From positions 96,001 to 160,000 of the IMG/VR virus record IMGVR_UViG_3300037067_019009: a DNA stretch of 64,000 nucleotides. One strand, 5' to 3'. The stretch comes from a virus (taxonomy: Duplodnaviria > Caudoviricetes). Both the position numbers and the translations under genes were made by a program. The notes beneath the pieces are model-generated. The model saw nothing but the letters and a program-made list of their open reading frames with translations, was not told the origin of the DNA and made no database searches. Within the stretch, counting starts at the first letter, position 1. Every line of letters begins with the position of its first letter. This document shows, piece by piece, positions 24,064 to 33,365 of the stretch.

Positions 24064-26076
24064 TTAGAAGATCATACCTCTTAGCTCTTCCAATTCCTTC
24101 ACTACTTTATCTGGCGTTTGCCGAGTCTCCTCGGCACAGGATACCATCCCCTCTGCGTTCATCACACAGGTATCGATATACCCGATCCTGCGACCAGATG
24201 CCTTCATCCTGTTCGGGTCGGATAGTCGCTTTCCTATCTGGCCAACGATACCGCCCACCACATCCGGATCCTGCCGATGCCTGCCTACCCGTAGGTAGCC
24301 TGCTGGGAATCTCCCGAGAGCTTTGGCCTTAGGGCCTTCGTACCTTGTCCCCAACTCCGTCTTCAGGGAAACGTCTCTGTGCCAGGCATTCGACTCCAAG
24401 ATCTCACAAGTCAGGGTATCGTCCGAGTACCCATACTCCTGAGCTACGTTGACGATATCGGACTCTTTCAGTGGGGCATTGTGGTTGACCACCATTCCAC
24501 CGAGATCCTTGGCTATTTTATTCAGAGCCAGTGTTAATCCTATTAGCTTTAGGCTGCCATGCTTCTTAGCTGATGTAATATCGAACACCACATCAGCCTG
24601 CTGTATAGAGCCATCGCTCCACTTAACCCACGGCATTGCGTTATCCGGGAGTATGTTTGCCACTCCCTTGAACGCGTCTGCCTCTGACTGAAGTTTCATT
24701 CCGGTCGCCGGAAGTATCTCCTCTTTCCCGGCAAACTCCCGGTAGAGAATCTCCTCACCGACTGGCCGTGGAATTACCAACCTCTCTATCTCAGCCGACT
24801 CGTACCTATGAGAAGGTATTTGAGCCGGTATCACGGGCCAGGACTTAGATCTCGCAAGCCATCCAGTAAACCTCCGGTACCCATTGCTGCTTGCTGGACC
24901 ATACTTTAGATCCCATTCTATCTCGCTGGCTCCAGTGGCCATTGCCGCCTTTTTGCGGGCATTCAGATTCGAGGCCGAGGCTGCTAGCCACTCTTTCCAC
25001 AACCTTATTCTCGCTGCGGTCTTTTCATCCACTCTCGCCTTCACAAAGATGGATTCCTTAGGAGATCTCACCTGTAAAGACACTTCGTCGCCATCTCTGA
25101 CCATCCTGCTATTTCTGCCGCATGAGTGGATCCCTCCGCGGCAGTTCACTAGTCCATCTATGCCATGAGTATGTATAACCTCATGCTCAACTGTCAGTCT
25201 CTTGGCAGCTGACTCTGAGACGATTACTGAGTCATTCAAGACTCCCACAGGATTCCCTTCCGAGTCTATCCAGCTCATGCCGACGCAGATCAGATTTACC
25301 ATATCCGGATAGATATGGTTTCCTTCTACCTTCACCAGAGGCTCCTCCGCCCCAACGATCTTTCTCAGATGGGTCAGCCCTCTAGCTGTTTTCCATCTGG
25401 TTGGATTCAGTAGCCAAGCCAGTGGCTGAACCGAGACGTATATCGGATATCCGTATTCATCTACACAATCAGCAGACGTACCCGGATTGCCCGGCTGTGT
25501 CGCGCATAGTTTCGAGACGCTATTGTTCTCGAGGAACTGGAGGAATATCTTCCTCTGTGCTAGTAACACATCGTTCCTCATCACCCCGGGGATGAATGGG
25601 ACTTCAGTCTTGCTGTCCAAGATGATGGTCCTTCTCTGTGCCTCGGTCTCGAAGCGCGTCTCGACCTCATCCCAGGCTCCCTCCTCGGTATACATCTCCG
25701 AGAGGGTTCTATTCGCCAAAGCAGACAGTGCTCTAGCTCCTATCTCAGCCGGAAGCCTAACTATTCTTCCCAGTTCGGCTGGAGAATCTCTCTTTATTCG
25801 GAACATGAGATAATCTTCCAACGTTCCGAAGGCTCTTACAAGCGGATTAAAAATCTCTCCGGACTCATCTGGGACGAAAGTAACTGATACTGCCGGCCTG
25901 AATACCGGTGTAGACCCGGTCGGAAGTAGTATTCGCTCACCTATCACTGGGAGCTTGGTGACAATATCTCCCAGCATAGCGAACATCGACTCTCCCTCTC
26001 TTACGACTAACAACTCTTCCGACTTCTTAAACGAAGTCTCACTTGCGCCTGTTACACGTGTAATTACCTCATTCAT
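24064..26076 (-). CDS. divergent RNA polymerase beta-like subunit (DPBB-B)
   Basis: VNLICVGMSW..LNDSVIVSES (cf. RpoB NMRVAFMPW..FEDSILVSE); GMKLQSEADAFKGVANILPDNAMPW..DG..ADVVFD (cf. [32 protein letters not shown]); GYLRVGRHRQ..SGRRIGYIDTCVMNAEG (cf. GYMYMLKLNH..GGQRFGEMEVWALEAYG). Confidence 0.85.
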   Translation of the reverse strand: MNEVITRVTGASETSFKKSEELLVVREGESMFAMLGDIVTKLPVIGERILLPTGSTPVFRPAVSVTFVPDESGEIFNPLVRAFGTLEDYLMFRIKRDSPAELGRIVRLPAEIGARALSALANRTLSEMYTEEGAWDEVETRFETEAQRRTIILDSKTEVPFIPGVMRNDVLLAQRKIFLQFLENNSVSKLCATQPGNPGTSADCVDEYGYPIYVSVQPLAWLLNPTRWKTARGLTHLRKIVGAEEPLVKVEGNHIYPDMVNLICVGMSWIDSEGNPVGVLNDSVIVSESAAKRLTVEHEVIHTHGIDGLVNCRGGIHSCGRNSRMVRDGDEVSLQVRSPKESIFVKARVDEKTAARIRLWKEWLAASASNLNARKKAAMATGASEIEWDLKYGPASSNGYRRFTGWLARSKSWPVIPAQIPSHRYESAEIERLVIPRPVGEEILYREFAGKEEILPATGMKLQSEADAFKGVANILPDNAMPWVKWSDGSIQQADVVFDITSAKKHGSLKLIGLTLALNKIAKDLGGMVVNHNAPLKESDIVNVAQEYGYSDDTLTCEILESNAWHRDVSLKTELGTRYEGPKAKALGRFPAGYLRVGRHRQDPDVVGGIVGQIGKRLSDPNRMKASGRRIGYIDTCVMNAEGMVSCAEETRQTPDKVVKELEELRGMIF

Positions 26077-26080
26077 CCTA

Positions 26081-27451
26081 TCAACCCTCGCTAGCTATAA
26101 GTGTATTTTGAAACCACTCGGCCATAGTGGTTTCTTCCGGCACAGACTGCATGAATTCCCAAACCGGCGGGTTCATGCTATTTCCATGTAGAATTGCGAA
26201 CGCTAGATTATGGTTCGCTTTCTCTCTTATATCACCTCCCTCGAGTATCTCATACATCGCTCTAAAAGTCGCTGTATCCAGCCCCTGTTTAGACAGGCTG
26301 GACTCCACCTTTTCCCAGGAATATCCCGGGAGACCTCTGAGGAGTCCATACAACCCTCTTGGGTCAGACTGGTTATTGTGCTTTTTATCAAAGCACAGCT
26401 CAATCGCGGCCGTCATCGCCGATGACCATGATTGATAGTCGATGGGACAGTTCTCTATCATATCTATGACTGCGAACCCAGCATAGTATATGAGTGAGAG
26501 ATTCGAGATCCATAATTTCTGCTCTATGGCGTCTACCACCGAGCTCAGCGGATCGACTTGAAGGTCCTCATGATCTTTCCACGTCATGGCCTGCGGCGTA
26601 ACCGCCATGGGTTGTAAGTTACCCATGGCAACTATCTTATGCCAAGCCAATTCCGACTTGGCTTCCCTGCTCCTTGGAATTATTATTGAGGGGGTATCTC
26701 CATCACAGTCCCCCTCCACGAGATCCATCTGGCTCATTACCCTGTCCCCCATCTTGAATATAGATGGTGAGACGAAGATCACAAAGTCCTGGCCCGGAAC
26801 TTCCCGCACGGTGCATGACTTCGCTCCAGTAGTGGGCCATCTGGAGAATATACCATAATCTCCATCTCCCACTATATTTCTTCTCTTTATAGTGGAAGTT
26901 CTTCCATGCTCATCCACGAAGGTTATGGACTTTTTATTATTCATACGATCCATTACCTTAGTGGAGAGCCCGATCTCTCCCGGCTTAAGAGCAGAGAAAT
27001 CTCCACTCTTGAACCTGCCGTATTTAAAAGAGGAGTGGTTTATGTGTGGGATGGCCACTAGAGCTCCCGACACCGTAACCCTCAACCGGCCAACCTTCTC
27101 CTGCAGCGACTTGGCCACGGCAGCCTTATAAGCAGCCAGGAACCTCTTCATCCCGCGCTCAACAACCGTACGGTTGTTACTATGTACCCCTCGTACCACT
27201 TCATTCAGGGAGATTAGGATGGGAGTCAGAATTATATTCCCGCTGGAGTCTCTGCTAGCCCCCATCTTGATAGAAGGAGGAAGAACGATATGGTCTATCT
27301 TGTGGCCACCAGGAAAAACGCCACCCAGATCATAATCAAACTCCAAAGGAATACAAGTAGTAGTCTGGAAGGACTCTATAATGGTGTCCTTCAATGGAAA
27401 ACTCCGGCTGACCAAACCGGTTCCATCAAACAGTTCCAAAGGTCTTAACAT
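26081..27451 (-). CDS. divergent RNA polymerase beta'-like catalytic subunit (DPBB-A, DxDGD)
   Basis: IVLPPSIK (cf. PVLPPDLR); RVTVSGALVAIP..LKPGEIGLS (cf. RVDYSGRSVITV..LRLHQCGLP); IFSRWPT (cf. LLNRAPT); EGDCDGDTPSIIIPRSREAKSE (cf. [22 protein letters not shown]); catalytic DCDGD at 26696-26710. Confidence 0.88.
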   Translation of the reverse strand: MLRPLELFDGTGLVSRSFPLKDTIIESFQTTTCIPLEFDYDLGGVFPGGHKIDHIVLPPSIKMGASRDSSGNIILTPILISLNEVVRGVHSNNRTVVERGMKRFLAAYKAAVAKSLQEKVGRLRVTVSGALVAIPHINHSSFKYGRFKSGDFSALKPGEIGLSTKVMDRMNNKKSITFVDEHGRTSTIKRRNIVGDGDYGIFSRWPTTGAKSCTVREVPGQDFVIFVSPSIFKMGDRVMSQMDLVEGDCDGDTPSIIIPRSREAKSELAWHKIVAMGNLQPMAVTPQAMTWKDHEDLQVDPLSSVVDAIEQKLWISNLSLIYYAGFAVIDMIENCPIDYQSWSSAMTAAIELCFDKKHNNQSDPRGLYGLLRGLPGYSWEKVESSLSKQGLDTATFRAMYEILEGGDIREKANHNLAFAILHGNSMNPPVWEFMQSVPEETTMAEWFQNTLIASEG

Positions 27452-27576
27452 GTCACACCTCGCTATAGTGATTTGGAATCGGAACCAATTTACATAGGCA
27501 CTACCTCCGCAACCCTACACCTATGAAGTCTTATTGTACCACATATCACTTGGTTACAGCTGCCACATTATTATCG

Positions 27577-27972
27577 CTAACCATCGATCTCACTTTCCTC
27601 TCTATAGGGCATGACCATAACCACCCTCAGACCAAGCCGACGCAGTATCTTACGAAGCTCTGCTATGCTATCCGCCTCAATAGGATGAGACCCATCATGA
27701 ACATGCAAATGAGTGTCAATGGTAAATGGCCGCCACTTACCATGACGATCTTCCTTAATATAGACGCTGACCTTACAACCAAAAGGACGTGTATCATATA
27801 CATCAACCATATGTATAACCTCGCTCCCTATCTTCTGCCATCGTTGGCTCAAAGAAACGCGTGTTGAGATTATCGGTAATAAGGTCATGATCTTCGAACG
27901 CGGCCTCCATGTCTTTCCACACGCCAAGCGTCTCAAGATACACATCGAGTTCGGCCACAGGTACGGAATCAT
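27577..27972 (-). CDS. small hypothetical protein (likely start MVDVYD)
   Basis: GAGG RBS before an internal ATG overlapping the upstream stop. Confidence 0.45.
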   Translation of the reverse strand: MIPYLWPNSMCILRRLACGKTWRPRSKIMTLLPIISTRVSLSQRWQKIGSEVIHMVDVYDTRPFGCKVSVYIKEDRHGKWRPFTIDTHLHVHDGSHPIEADSIAELRKILRRLGLRVVMVMPYREESEIDG

Positions 27973-28057
27973 CCCCAGTCAGCACCTCACCTATAGTGTG
28001 AGTGTTGAATCTACTGGATTCCACCTCCACCCCAGTCTCCTTATATTTGAGTTTCAT
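27803..28057 (-). CDS. small acidic hypothetical protein
   Basis: GAAAGGA RBS. Confidence 0.55.
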   Translation of the reverse strand: MKLKYKETGVEVESSRFNTHTIGEVLTGDDSVPVAELDVYLETLGVWKDMEAAFEDHDLITDNLNTRFFEPTMAEDRERGYTYG

Positions 28058-28089
28058 CTCATATCCTTTCAGGAAATCTAATCCTTCAG

Positions 28090-28755
28090 TTAAGAGTCCG
28101 TTCCAAAGCAGACCTCAAAGTCTGTTACCTTCGGCTCCTCTGGCCTGTTCGCCAGATAGGAAAGCAGATGCTCAAGCGCATGGTCACTGATATAGTGGTC
28201 ACTTACACGACCAACAGTAGTCGATAAGTAATGATCACTTACCAACCTCCCCCAATACACTTCTTTTGCGCTGGAGATCCAGGAAACAAAACGCCGCCCA
28301 CTAATAGACAGGAAATCCCCATCCTGATCTCGTCGTAGATCCTTAAGTATATCAGGCTTACATATAGCAAACACCGATCTTACTCTCCCAAGATGTACTG
28401 GTATCTCCACATGGGACTTATAATACCAATCCACTTCCTGATCTCTTTTCAGCCCATACTCTCGAGCATCCTGCACCCAAGGGTCTCCCTTAGGAAACAT
28501 TTTGAACTTACTATAAACCGAACTGCCCTCGAAACTCATTTTCAGTAACCGTTCCCAGAATGGAGGAACAAGTAAGGAACCCCGCCCCATACTATCTAGA
28601 ACGATATCTGCTAGTGATAGCAGGTATTTGTCACCACGACGTACATTGTCACATAGAGCAGGATCATCCCTGCTTTCCCACAGGTAACTTATTGCCTCAC
28701 AAAGAGGCATCATCTTAATTTCATTGGTAACAGAACTCTCCACTGATAGTTCCAT
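28090..28755 (-). CDS. hypothetical protein downstream of the repeat-rich region
   Basis: AGGAGG RBS, 221 aa. Confidence 0.65.
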   Translation of the reverse strand: MELSVESSVTNEIKMMPLCEAISYLWESRDDPALCDNVRRGDKYLLSLADIVLDSMGRGSLLVPPFWERLLKMSFEGSSVYSKFKMFPKGDPWVQDAREYGLKRDQEVDWYYKSHVEIPVHLGRVRSVFAICKPDILKDLRRDQDGDFLSISGRRFVSWISSAKEVYWGRLVSDHYLSTTVGRVSDHYISDHALEHLLSYLANRPEEPKVTDFEVCFGTDS

Positions 28756-28789
28756 ATTAGTTAACCTCCTGAGAAGCCCAACTCGGTCT

Positions 28790-29370
28790 AGTATTTACTA
28801 AGACTTACCAAAAGTCTACCAAATAGCTGCTAAATATCTATTGAATATTTACCGAAGGTCTACCAAAAGTCTACCACTCCTCCCATCCACACTCACATGC
28901 ATACGCATATGTGACCTGATACTATCCAATTCTCTCCTCATCTGTGTCTTATCCCCCCTGCACCCCCCTCCGGGGGGATATGTGAAAGTCTCTTAACATA
29001 GCTTTCTTCTGTACTGGGGTCAAAACCTGTGTTTCACGCTCAGCCCCACTCAGAAACCCTATTGTTTGACAGTCATATCCAGTTCATAGACTCATCAACT
29101 AGAATGCAGTTGGCCTGTTACACGCTCAAAATCATGTGTTACACGCTGTAACACCCCATAAAAGTCGCTACATTACCGGGGTCAAAACGAGCCTCGTCCC
29201 CGTTACACGCTGTTACACGCCAGAGCTCGTTCATCAATGTGTGAAACATATGTTAGGTTCTTAAGCCTGTGTTACCAGAATTACTAGGGTATTCCCCCTC
29301 GTAGATTCAAAGTCATTGGGTCGTGTAGTCAAAGACTCCACTTCGTAGAATCAAATTTTAATCTACGAAC
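28790..29370. repeat. non-coding region with iteron-like repeats (candidate origin or control region)
   Basis: TACCAAAAGTCTACCA-type units at 28806, 28850, 28861; GTTACACGC at 29117, 29138, 29202, 29212; GGGGTCAAAAC at 29016 and 29178; hairpin TTCGTAGA/TCTACGAA near 29342-29369. Confidence 0.6.
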
Positions 29371-29484
29371 AGCCCAATGTGCTTGTATCTTCGATACAAA
29401 GAGTCCGCTGTCTGCGCAGTCTTTGAACATACGTATATGAGCGGGGATAGAGGGAATACCCTTGATGCAATTGTCTCTCTGGTT

Positions 29485-30207
29485 TTAGGACTTTTTGCCT
29501 CCAGACTTGACCGTCTCCTTGGCGGTAGGCTTCTCGGTCGTCTCTCCCACCGCGGCGGGAGCAGTTGTCTTACTTTCTTCCGCCGTTCCAGCTTCAGTCG
29601 GAGCCTGATACGGCGTGTACGTTAGGCCGAGCCCTTCGTGGTCTATCGGCAGAGCGTAGGCGAAGTGTTCAGACGCCATCTTAGCCATAGAGCCCATTGA
29701 CAGACTCGCGATTGCTCGCGGGCCCGCTGCTCTCCTGACCACCGTGACTGTTTCCTGCGTGACCGGGTCTTTACGGTCCTCCGTCCACTCAGGCCACTCA
29801 GAGGTAGCTTTTACCCACCGCTCTCCTCCGGCATCGATGCGCTGCCCAGCCACTGAGGCGCCTCCCCCAGCTAGGAGAGTGATCCCATAGAAGGTGCCGA
29901 TCATCGGGAGTTGTATCGTTACTGATGCCGATCTTACTTCCCCATCATCGGCGGTGTTAACGTTGTAGAAGAGCTGTCCGAACACCTCCGCGTACATCTC
30001 CGTTCCGTCCACGTCCACCCGCATCAGGTGCTCTGGCCGAATGTTTTCCGGGGAATCCAGAAGAACTCTCTTGCCTTCCGAATCCCGCCTGCACATCTCC
30101 GCGTAGTGCGTAGACCTTTTTACAAGCCCTGCTTCAAACGCGGTGAGGCCGCTCCTTTTTAGCGACCCTTCCTCTGGCGCTACCGTCGTAGTTTTAATCT
30201 GTTGCAT
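29485..30207 (-). CDS. hypothetical protein with low-complexity A/E/K/T tail (possibly SpoVG/PC4-like nucleic-acid binding)
   Basis: GC-richer codons than neighbours; SASVTIQL..GTFYGITL; GAAAGGA RBS. Confidence 0.6.
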   Translation of the reverse strand: MQQIKTTTVAPEEGSLKRSGLTAFEAGLVKRSTHYAEMCRRDSEGKRVLLDSPENIRPEHLMRVDVDGTEMYAEVFGQLFYNVNTADDGEVRSASVTIQLPMIGTFYGITLLAGGGASVAGQRIDAGGERWVKATSEWPEWTEDRKDPVTQETVTVVRRAAGPRAIASLSMGSMAKMASEHFAYALPIDHEGLGLTYTPYQAPTEAGTAEESKTTAPAAVGETTEKPTAKETVKSGGKKS

Positions 30208-30303
30208 TTCAAACCATCCTTTCTTTCATGAACTCGATATTGAGTCCATGTATCTTTATTCGCCCGACCATGTCAGAACTCACGGCTGAGCAGTTACCCT
30301 CAT

Positions 30304-30389
30304 CCGCCGAAGGCGTAGCGCTATCTTTATTGGCGTTCCCCTCCGGCTGATGAACACACACCTCCAGGTTTATTATCCGCCGAAGGCGG
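30304..30389. repeat. two GC-rich GAA-triloop hairpins
   Basis: ATCCGCCGAAGGCG at 30302 and 30375. Confidence 0.7.
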
Positions 30390-30428
30390 GGCTAGTTTGT
30401 ATATATCTAGCCCCACCAAGTAACATTA

Positions 30429-31250
30429 CTATCTCAAGTTACCTCTTATCTCTGAAGGCAGGAGATTATAGATAAGTCTCCTATGACAATTTACACCCTC
30501 GCTTTCCCAACAAAGTAAGACCAGGTGATTAGTATTCAGTTCCTTAGCGGCCTTTGTTACTAAATCACCAAGCTTCTCGGATAGGTTCCTTCCTGGAATC
30601 CCGGATAACTTTCCTTCAAGCTCAGCTTTGTATCTAACGGCATAGGCTTCCCAAGAGATACTAGCAGTTTTATAATCTGCAAGCAAGCACCTACTAGGGG
30701 TAAGCAGATGTATTGTTTTTCCAACGAAATCCGCCGGGCTAGACCTTGCTATAGATACACCAACAGCACCATCGGGAACTTTCATTTTGAAGCTGGCTGT
30801 GCTTACCAGCAACGCTCCACTGCCTCCTTTCATTGCAGCATAAGCAGCCATATCCACCTGTTCGTTACCTTTAATCCCAGAGTGGCCAGGAACCCACCGC
30901 CACTCTATGTCTACACCACTCGACCGAACCTTAGCGGCGTAATCGGAAGTGTAAACATTCTTTGCTCTCCATTCTCCCCTAACCCACTTTGACAAGCCTT
31001 CATAGTCGTGGTATAGTGTTACATATGTAACACCTAGTGCCACTAACCTGTCGAGGGCTCTCATCACGGCTGTGCACTCACCAGCCACATTACGCTGTGA
31101 TTTGAAGCCCTCCTCAACATCATTCCCGTGAGCAGATACAACTCTCGTGTCGGGGAACACTATCTTGTACGCCCAACCGACATCAATAACATTGTCATGG
31201 GTATGCGCACTGCCATCCACGTAGACTTCAACTACGCTTTCCATAAACAT
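30429..31250 (-). CDS. RNase HI fused to a DUF488-like domain
   Basis: YVDGS, RNVAGE, HDYEG, WVPGHSG..GNEQVD; C-terminal VSIAR..P..LL..Y..RY..EL..LVLLCWE..CHRRLI. Confidence 0.85.
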   Translation of the reverse strand: MFMESVVEVYVDGSAHTHDNVIDVGWAYKIVFPDTRVVSAHGNDVEEGFKSQRNVAGECTAVMRALDRLVALGVTYVTLYHDYEGLSKWVRGEWRAKNVYTSDYAAKVRSSGVDIEWRWVPGHSGIKGNEQVDMAAYAAMKGGSGALLVSTASFKMKVPDGAVGVSIARSSPADFVGKTIHLLTPSRCLLADYKTASISWEAYAVRYKAELEGKLSGIPGRNLSEKLGDLVTKAAKELNTNHLVLLCWESEGVNCHRRLIYNLLPSEIRGNLR

Positions 31251-31261
31251 CTCCTTTCAAC

Positions 31262-31570
31262 TCAGTTTATTACGTTCCCATATCTACGAGAACACCTCAG
31301 GTAATTTAGTAAAGCCATGCACCTGGCCTGTAGAACTTCATCAAACGGTTCTATTACGAACTTATCTTTAGTCAGGGTATCAAACCCTAAATGAGCGGCC
31401 TCCTTACATATCATGTCGATCTCATGCTGAGCAGCAGCCTCGCTCTCGTACTTAACAAGGCCCTGCTCTGGGCATTCACAATCTTCCTCAGTATACCAGT
31501 AGAGTAATCCCATGAATGTCCCCTGGAAGATACCGTACTCAGTATGTCTTATCTGGTAAGCCATAAACAT
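31262..31570 (-). CDS. hypothetical protein
   Basis: ORF with GAAAGGAG RBS. Confidence 0.55.
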   Translation of the reverse strand: MFMAYQIRHTEYGIFQGTFMGLLYWYTEEDCECPEQGLVKYESEAAAQHEIDMICKEAAHLGFDTLTKDKFVIEPFDEVLQARCMALLNYLRCSRRYGNVIN

Positions 31571-31578
31571 CTCCTTTC

Positions 31579-32007
31579 TTACTGTGGTGGCAACAAAGCC
31601 ACGCGCTCACCAAACCTAGAAAACACCCCAGTCATCAAGGGCTTGATAGTCTTTTCCCAGTTCAAGCCTCCCAACCCACACCCAAGAGCGGGTATCGCCA
31701 GTCGCATCTCTGGATGAGTCTCCAGAGTTTTAGCCAGCCCGTAGCACGCAGCCGTTATTCTGGCCACCGTAGACTTATCTCTCCAGTCTCCCTTCGTAGG
31801 GACGCAAATTACTCTATATCCCTCATGAACCATTAGAGACTGACCAGACTTAAGACTAAGCCCATAGGACTTGGCTAAGTTCTGGAACCTGATCTTTGCT
31901 TGGAGCGCCAAGCCGGCACCCATAACAGCCTCACCATTACTCTTAACACATTCGTTGGTAGGAATAACGATGTGATAACCGGAACTATAGTAATCCCAGA
32001 TGTTCAT
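31579..32007 (-). CDS. macro domain (ADP-ribose binding/hydrolase) protein
   Basis: IPTN...AVMGAGLALQAK...PTK..W...AIPALGCGLGGLNW. Confidence 0.85.
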   Translation of the reverse strand: MNIWDYYSSGYHIVIPTNECVKSNGEAVMGAGLALQAKIRFQNLAKSYGLSLKSGQSLMVHEGYRVICVPTKGDWRDKSTVARITAACYGLAKTLETHPEMRLAIPALGCGLGGLNWEKTIKPLMTGVFSRFGERVALLPPQ

Positions 32008-32077
32008 TTATATATCCTTTCTACATCAAAGTGCGTAGGAGCCAGTAATATTTAGTTACCAGCTCCTACAATAGTAG

Positions 32078-32308
32078 TTATAGTAGATGGGTATAGCACA
32101 CTGTGCAACACACTAACCCCTCAACCAACACTTGCTGGTGCTCAGTAAGACTCTCCATACCAAGAGCATCAGCTTGTGCACAACACTCATCATAGTAGTC
32201 TACCAAGTCGGATTCCTTGATGTTTACCTCCTTCTCACACACTACACATTTCTTCTTTTCAGTTTTCATTTTATTCATCCTTTCTGTTAAAAGTGACCAG
32301 GATTTCAA
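32078..32308 (-). CDS. small Zn-finger protein
   Basis: CVVC...CTVC. Confidence 0.55.
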   Translation of the reverse strand: MKSWSLLTERMNKMKTEKKKCVVCEKEVNIKESDLVDYYDECCAQADALGMESLTEHQQVLVEGLVCCTVCYTHLL

Positions 32309-32353
32309 ACATGGCTCCTGGAAAGCCTATTAGATTTAGTCGCCAGCTCCTTG

Positions 32354-32602
32354 TTACCGACCCTCCGTATAAGGGTCATCAGTAAGCAGGAATACCTCAC
32401 AACACACCCAGCTACCTCTTTCATCTTCATGCCCAACACCAAAATCCTGGGCCTCAGTTACTGTGAAAAACAGGCCATCAAGCCCATCCCCCATAAACTG
32501 CCTAACAATGTCCTCAGGAACAGTCGCGGAAACTTTAACCTCCGCGTCTTCTGGAAACGCCCTCAGCTGCTCCATCAACTCTTTTACTTTCATATCAATC
32601 AC
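32354..32602 (-). CDS. hypothetical protein
   Basis: MKVKELMEQLRAFPEDAEV, a common phage N-terminal pattern. Confidence 0.6.
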   Translation of the reverse strand: MIDMKVKELMEQLRAFPEDAEVKVSATVPEDIVRQFMGDGLDGLFFTVTEAQDFGVGHEDERGSWVCCEVFLLTDDPYTEGR

Positions 32603-32723
32603 CTTTCTTTTATATTTATCACGACAGAGTTACTTCTCACCATAAGGTTTGATTCCAAGCACCTTACAAATAGCCCTCAGAATCATCCACACCACGAAGA
32701 GTATCAGCATTAACGACATTATA

Positions 32724-33365
32724 TTACACCCCCTCTAAAGATACTTGAGACAGCAACTCCTTACCTTTCCTGGAGCTACAAGCTGATGCTACAGCCTGTA
32801 GCATCATAACTCTGGTAAGTCTGGTATGCTTTGGAAGCATACTCTCAACATATTCTTTCATACCAGGAATACTCATCACTCTTGAGCGGCAAGTAACCCG
32901 AGTGCCGTCAGGCAGACACCACTGAAAGAGGCCCAACTTACTACCGGAACTTCCAATAGTGGTTATCTTGTCATAACCTATACTAGCTGCTATTGTTCTA
33001 ACAGCAGCCAATATTTTAGCGGGAGAAACTTTTTCTACATGCCTAGCTCTATCCCGAGCTACCTGAGCCTGCATGGCATGTCCAGCTTTGCCTCCGGCCG
33101 CTTTAGCAACAACCTCCGCCGTAGACGCACGGTCCTTGGCAGCCTGTACTTCCACTCCAAGAGACACCACTTGCGTTTCCAGTGCCTCAATCCTGTTGAT
33201 TCCCTTGATAAGTAGGTTACCAAGGGACACAACCATTCGACGTAAAGTCTCTACGTCGTTGACAACTTTAGTGGCTTCCATAAGCTCACTAGTCTCCTCG
33301 CTAAGTGATTTCATTTTATTTCCTTCCTTTCTAGTTATCGAAGATTCTAACCCCATCTTCGCCAT
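32724..33365 (-). CDS. coiled-coil hypothetical protein (likely start MKSLSE)
   Basis: Heptad-rich N-terminal half. Confidence 0.55.
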   Translation of the reverse strand: MAKMGLESSITRKEGNKMKSLSEETSELMEATKVVNDVETLRRMVVSLGNLLIKGINRIEALETQVVSLGVEVQAAKDRASTAEVVAKAAGGKAGHAMQAQVARDRARHVEKVSPAKILAAVRTIAASIGYDKITTIGSSGSKLGLFQWCLPDGTRVTCRSRVMSIPGMKEYVESMLPKHTRLTRVMMLQAVASACSSRKGKELLSQVSLEGV

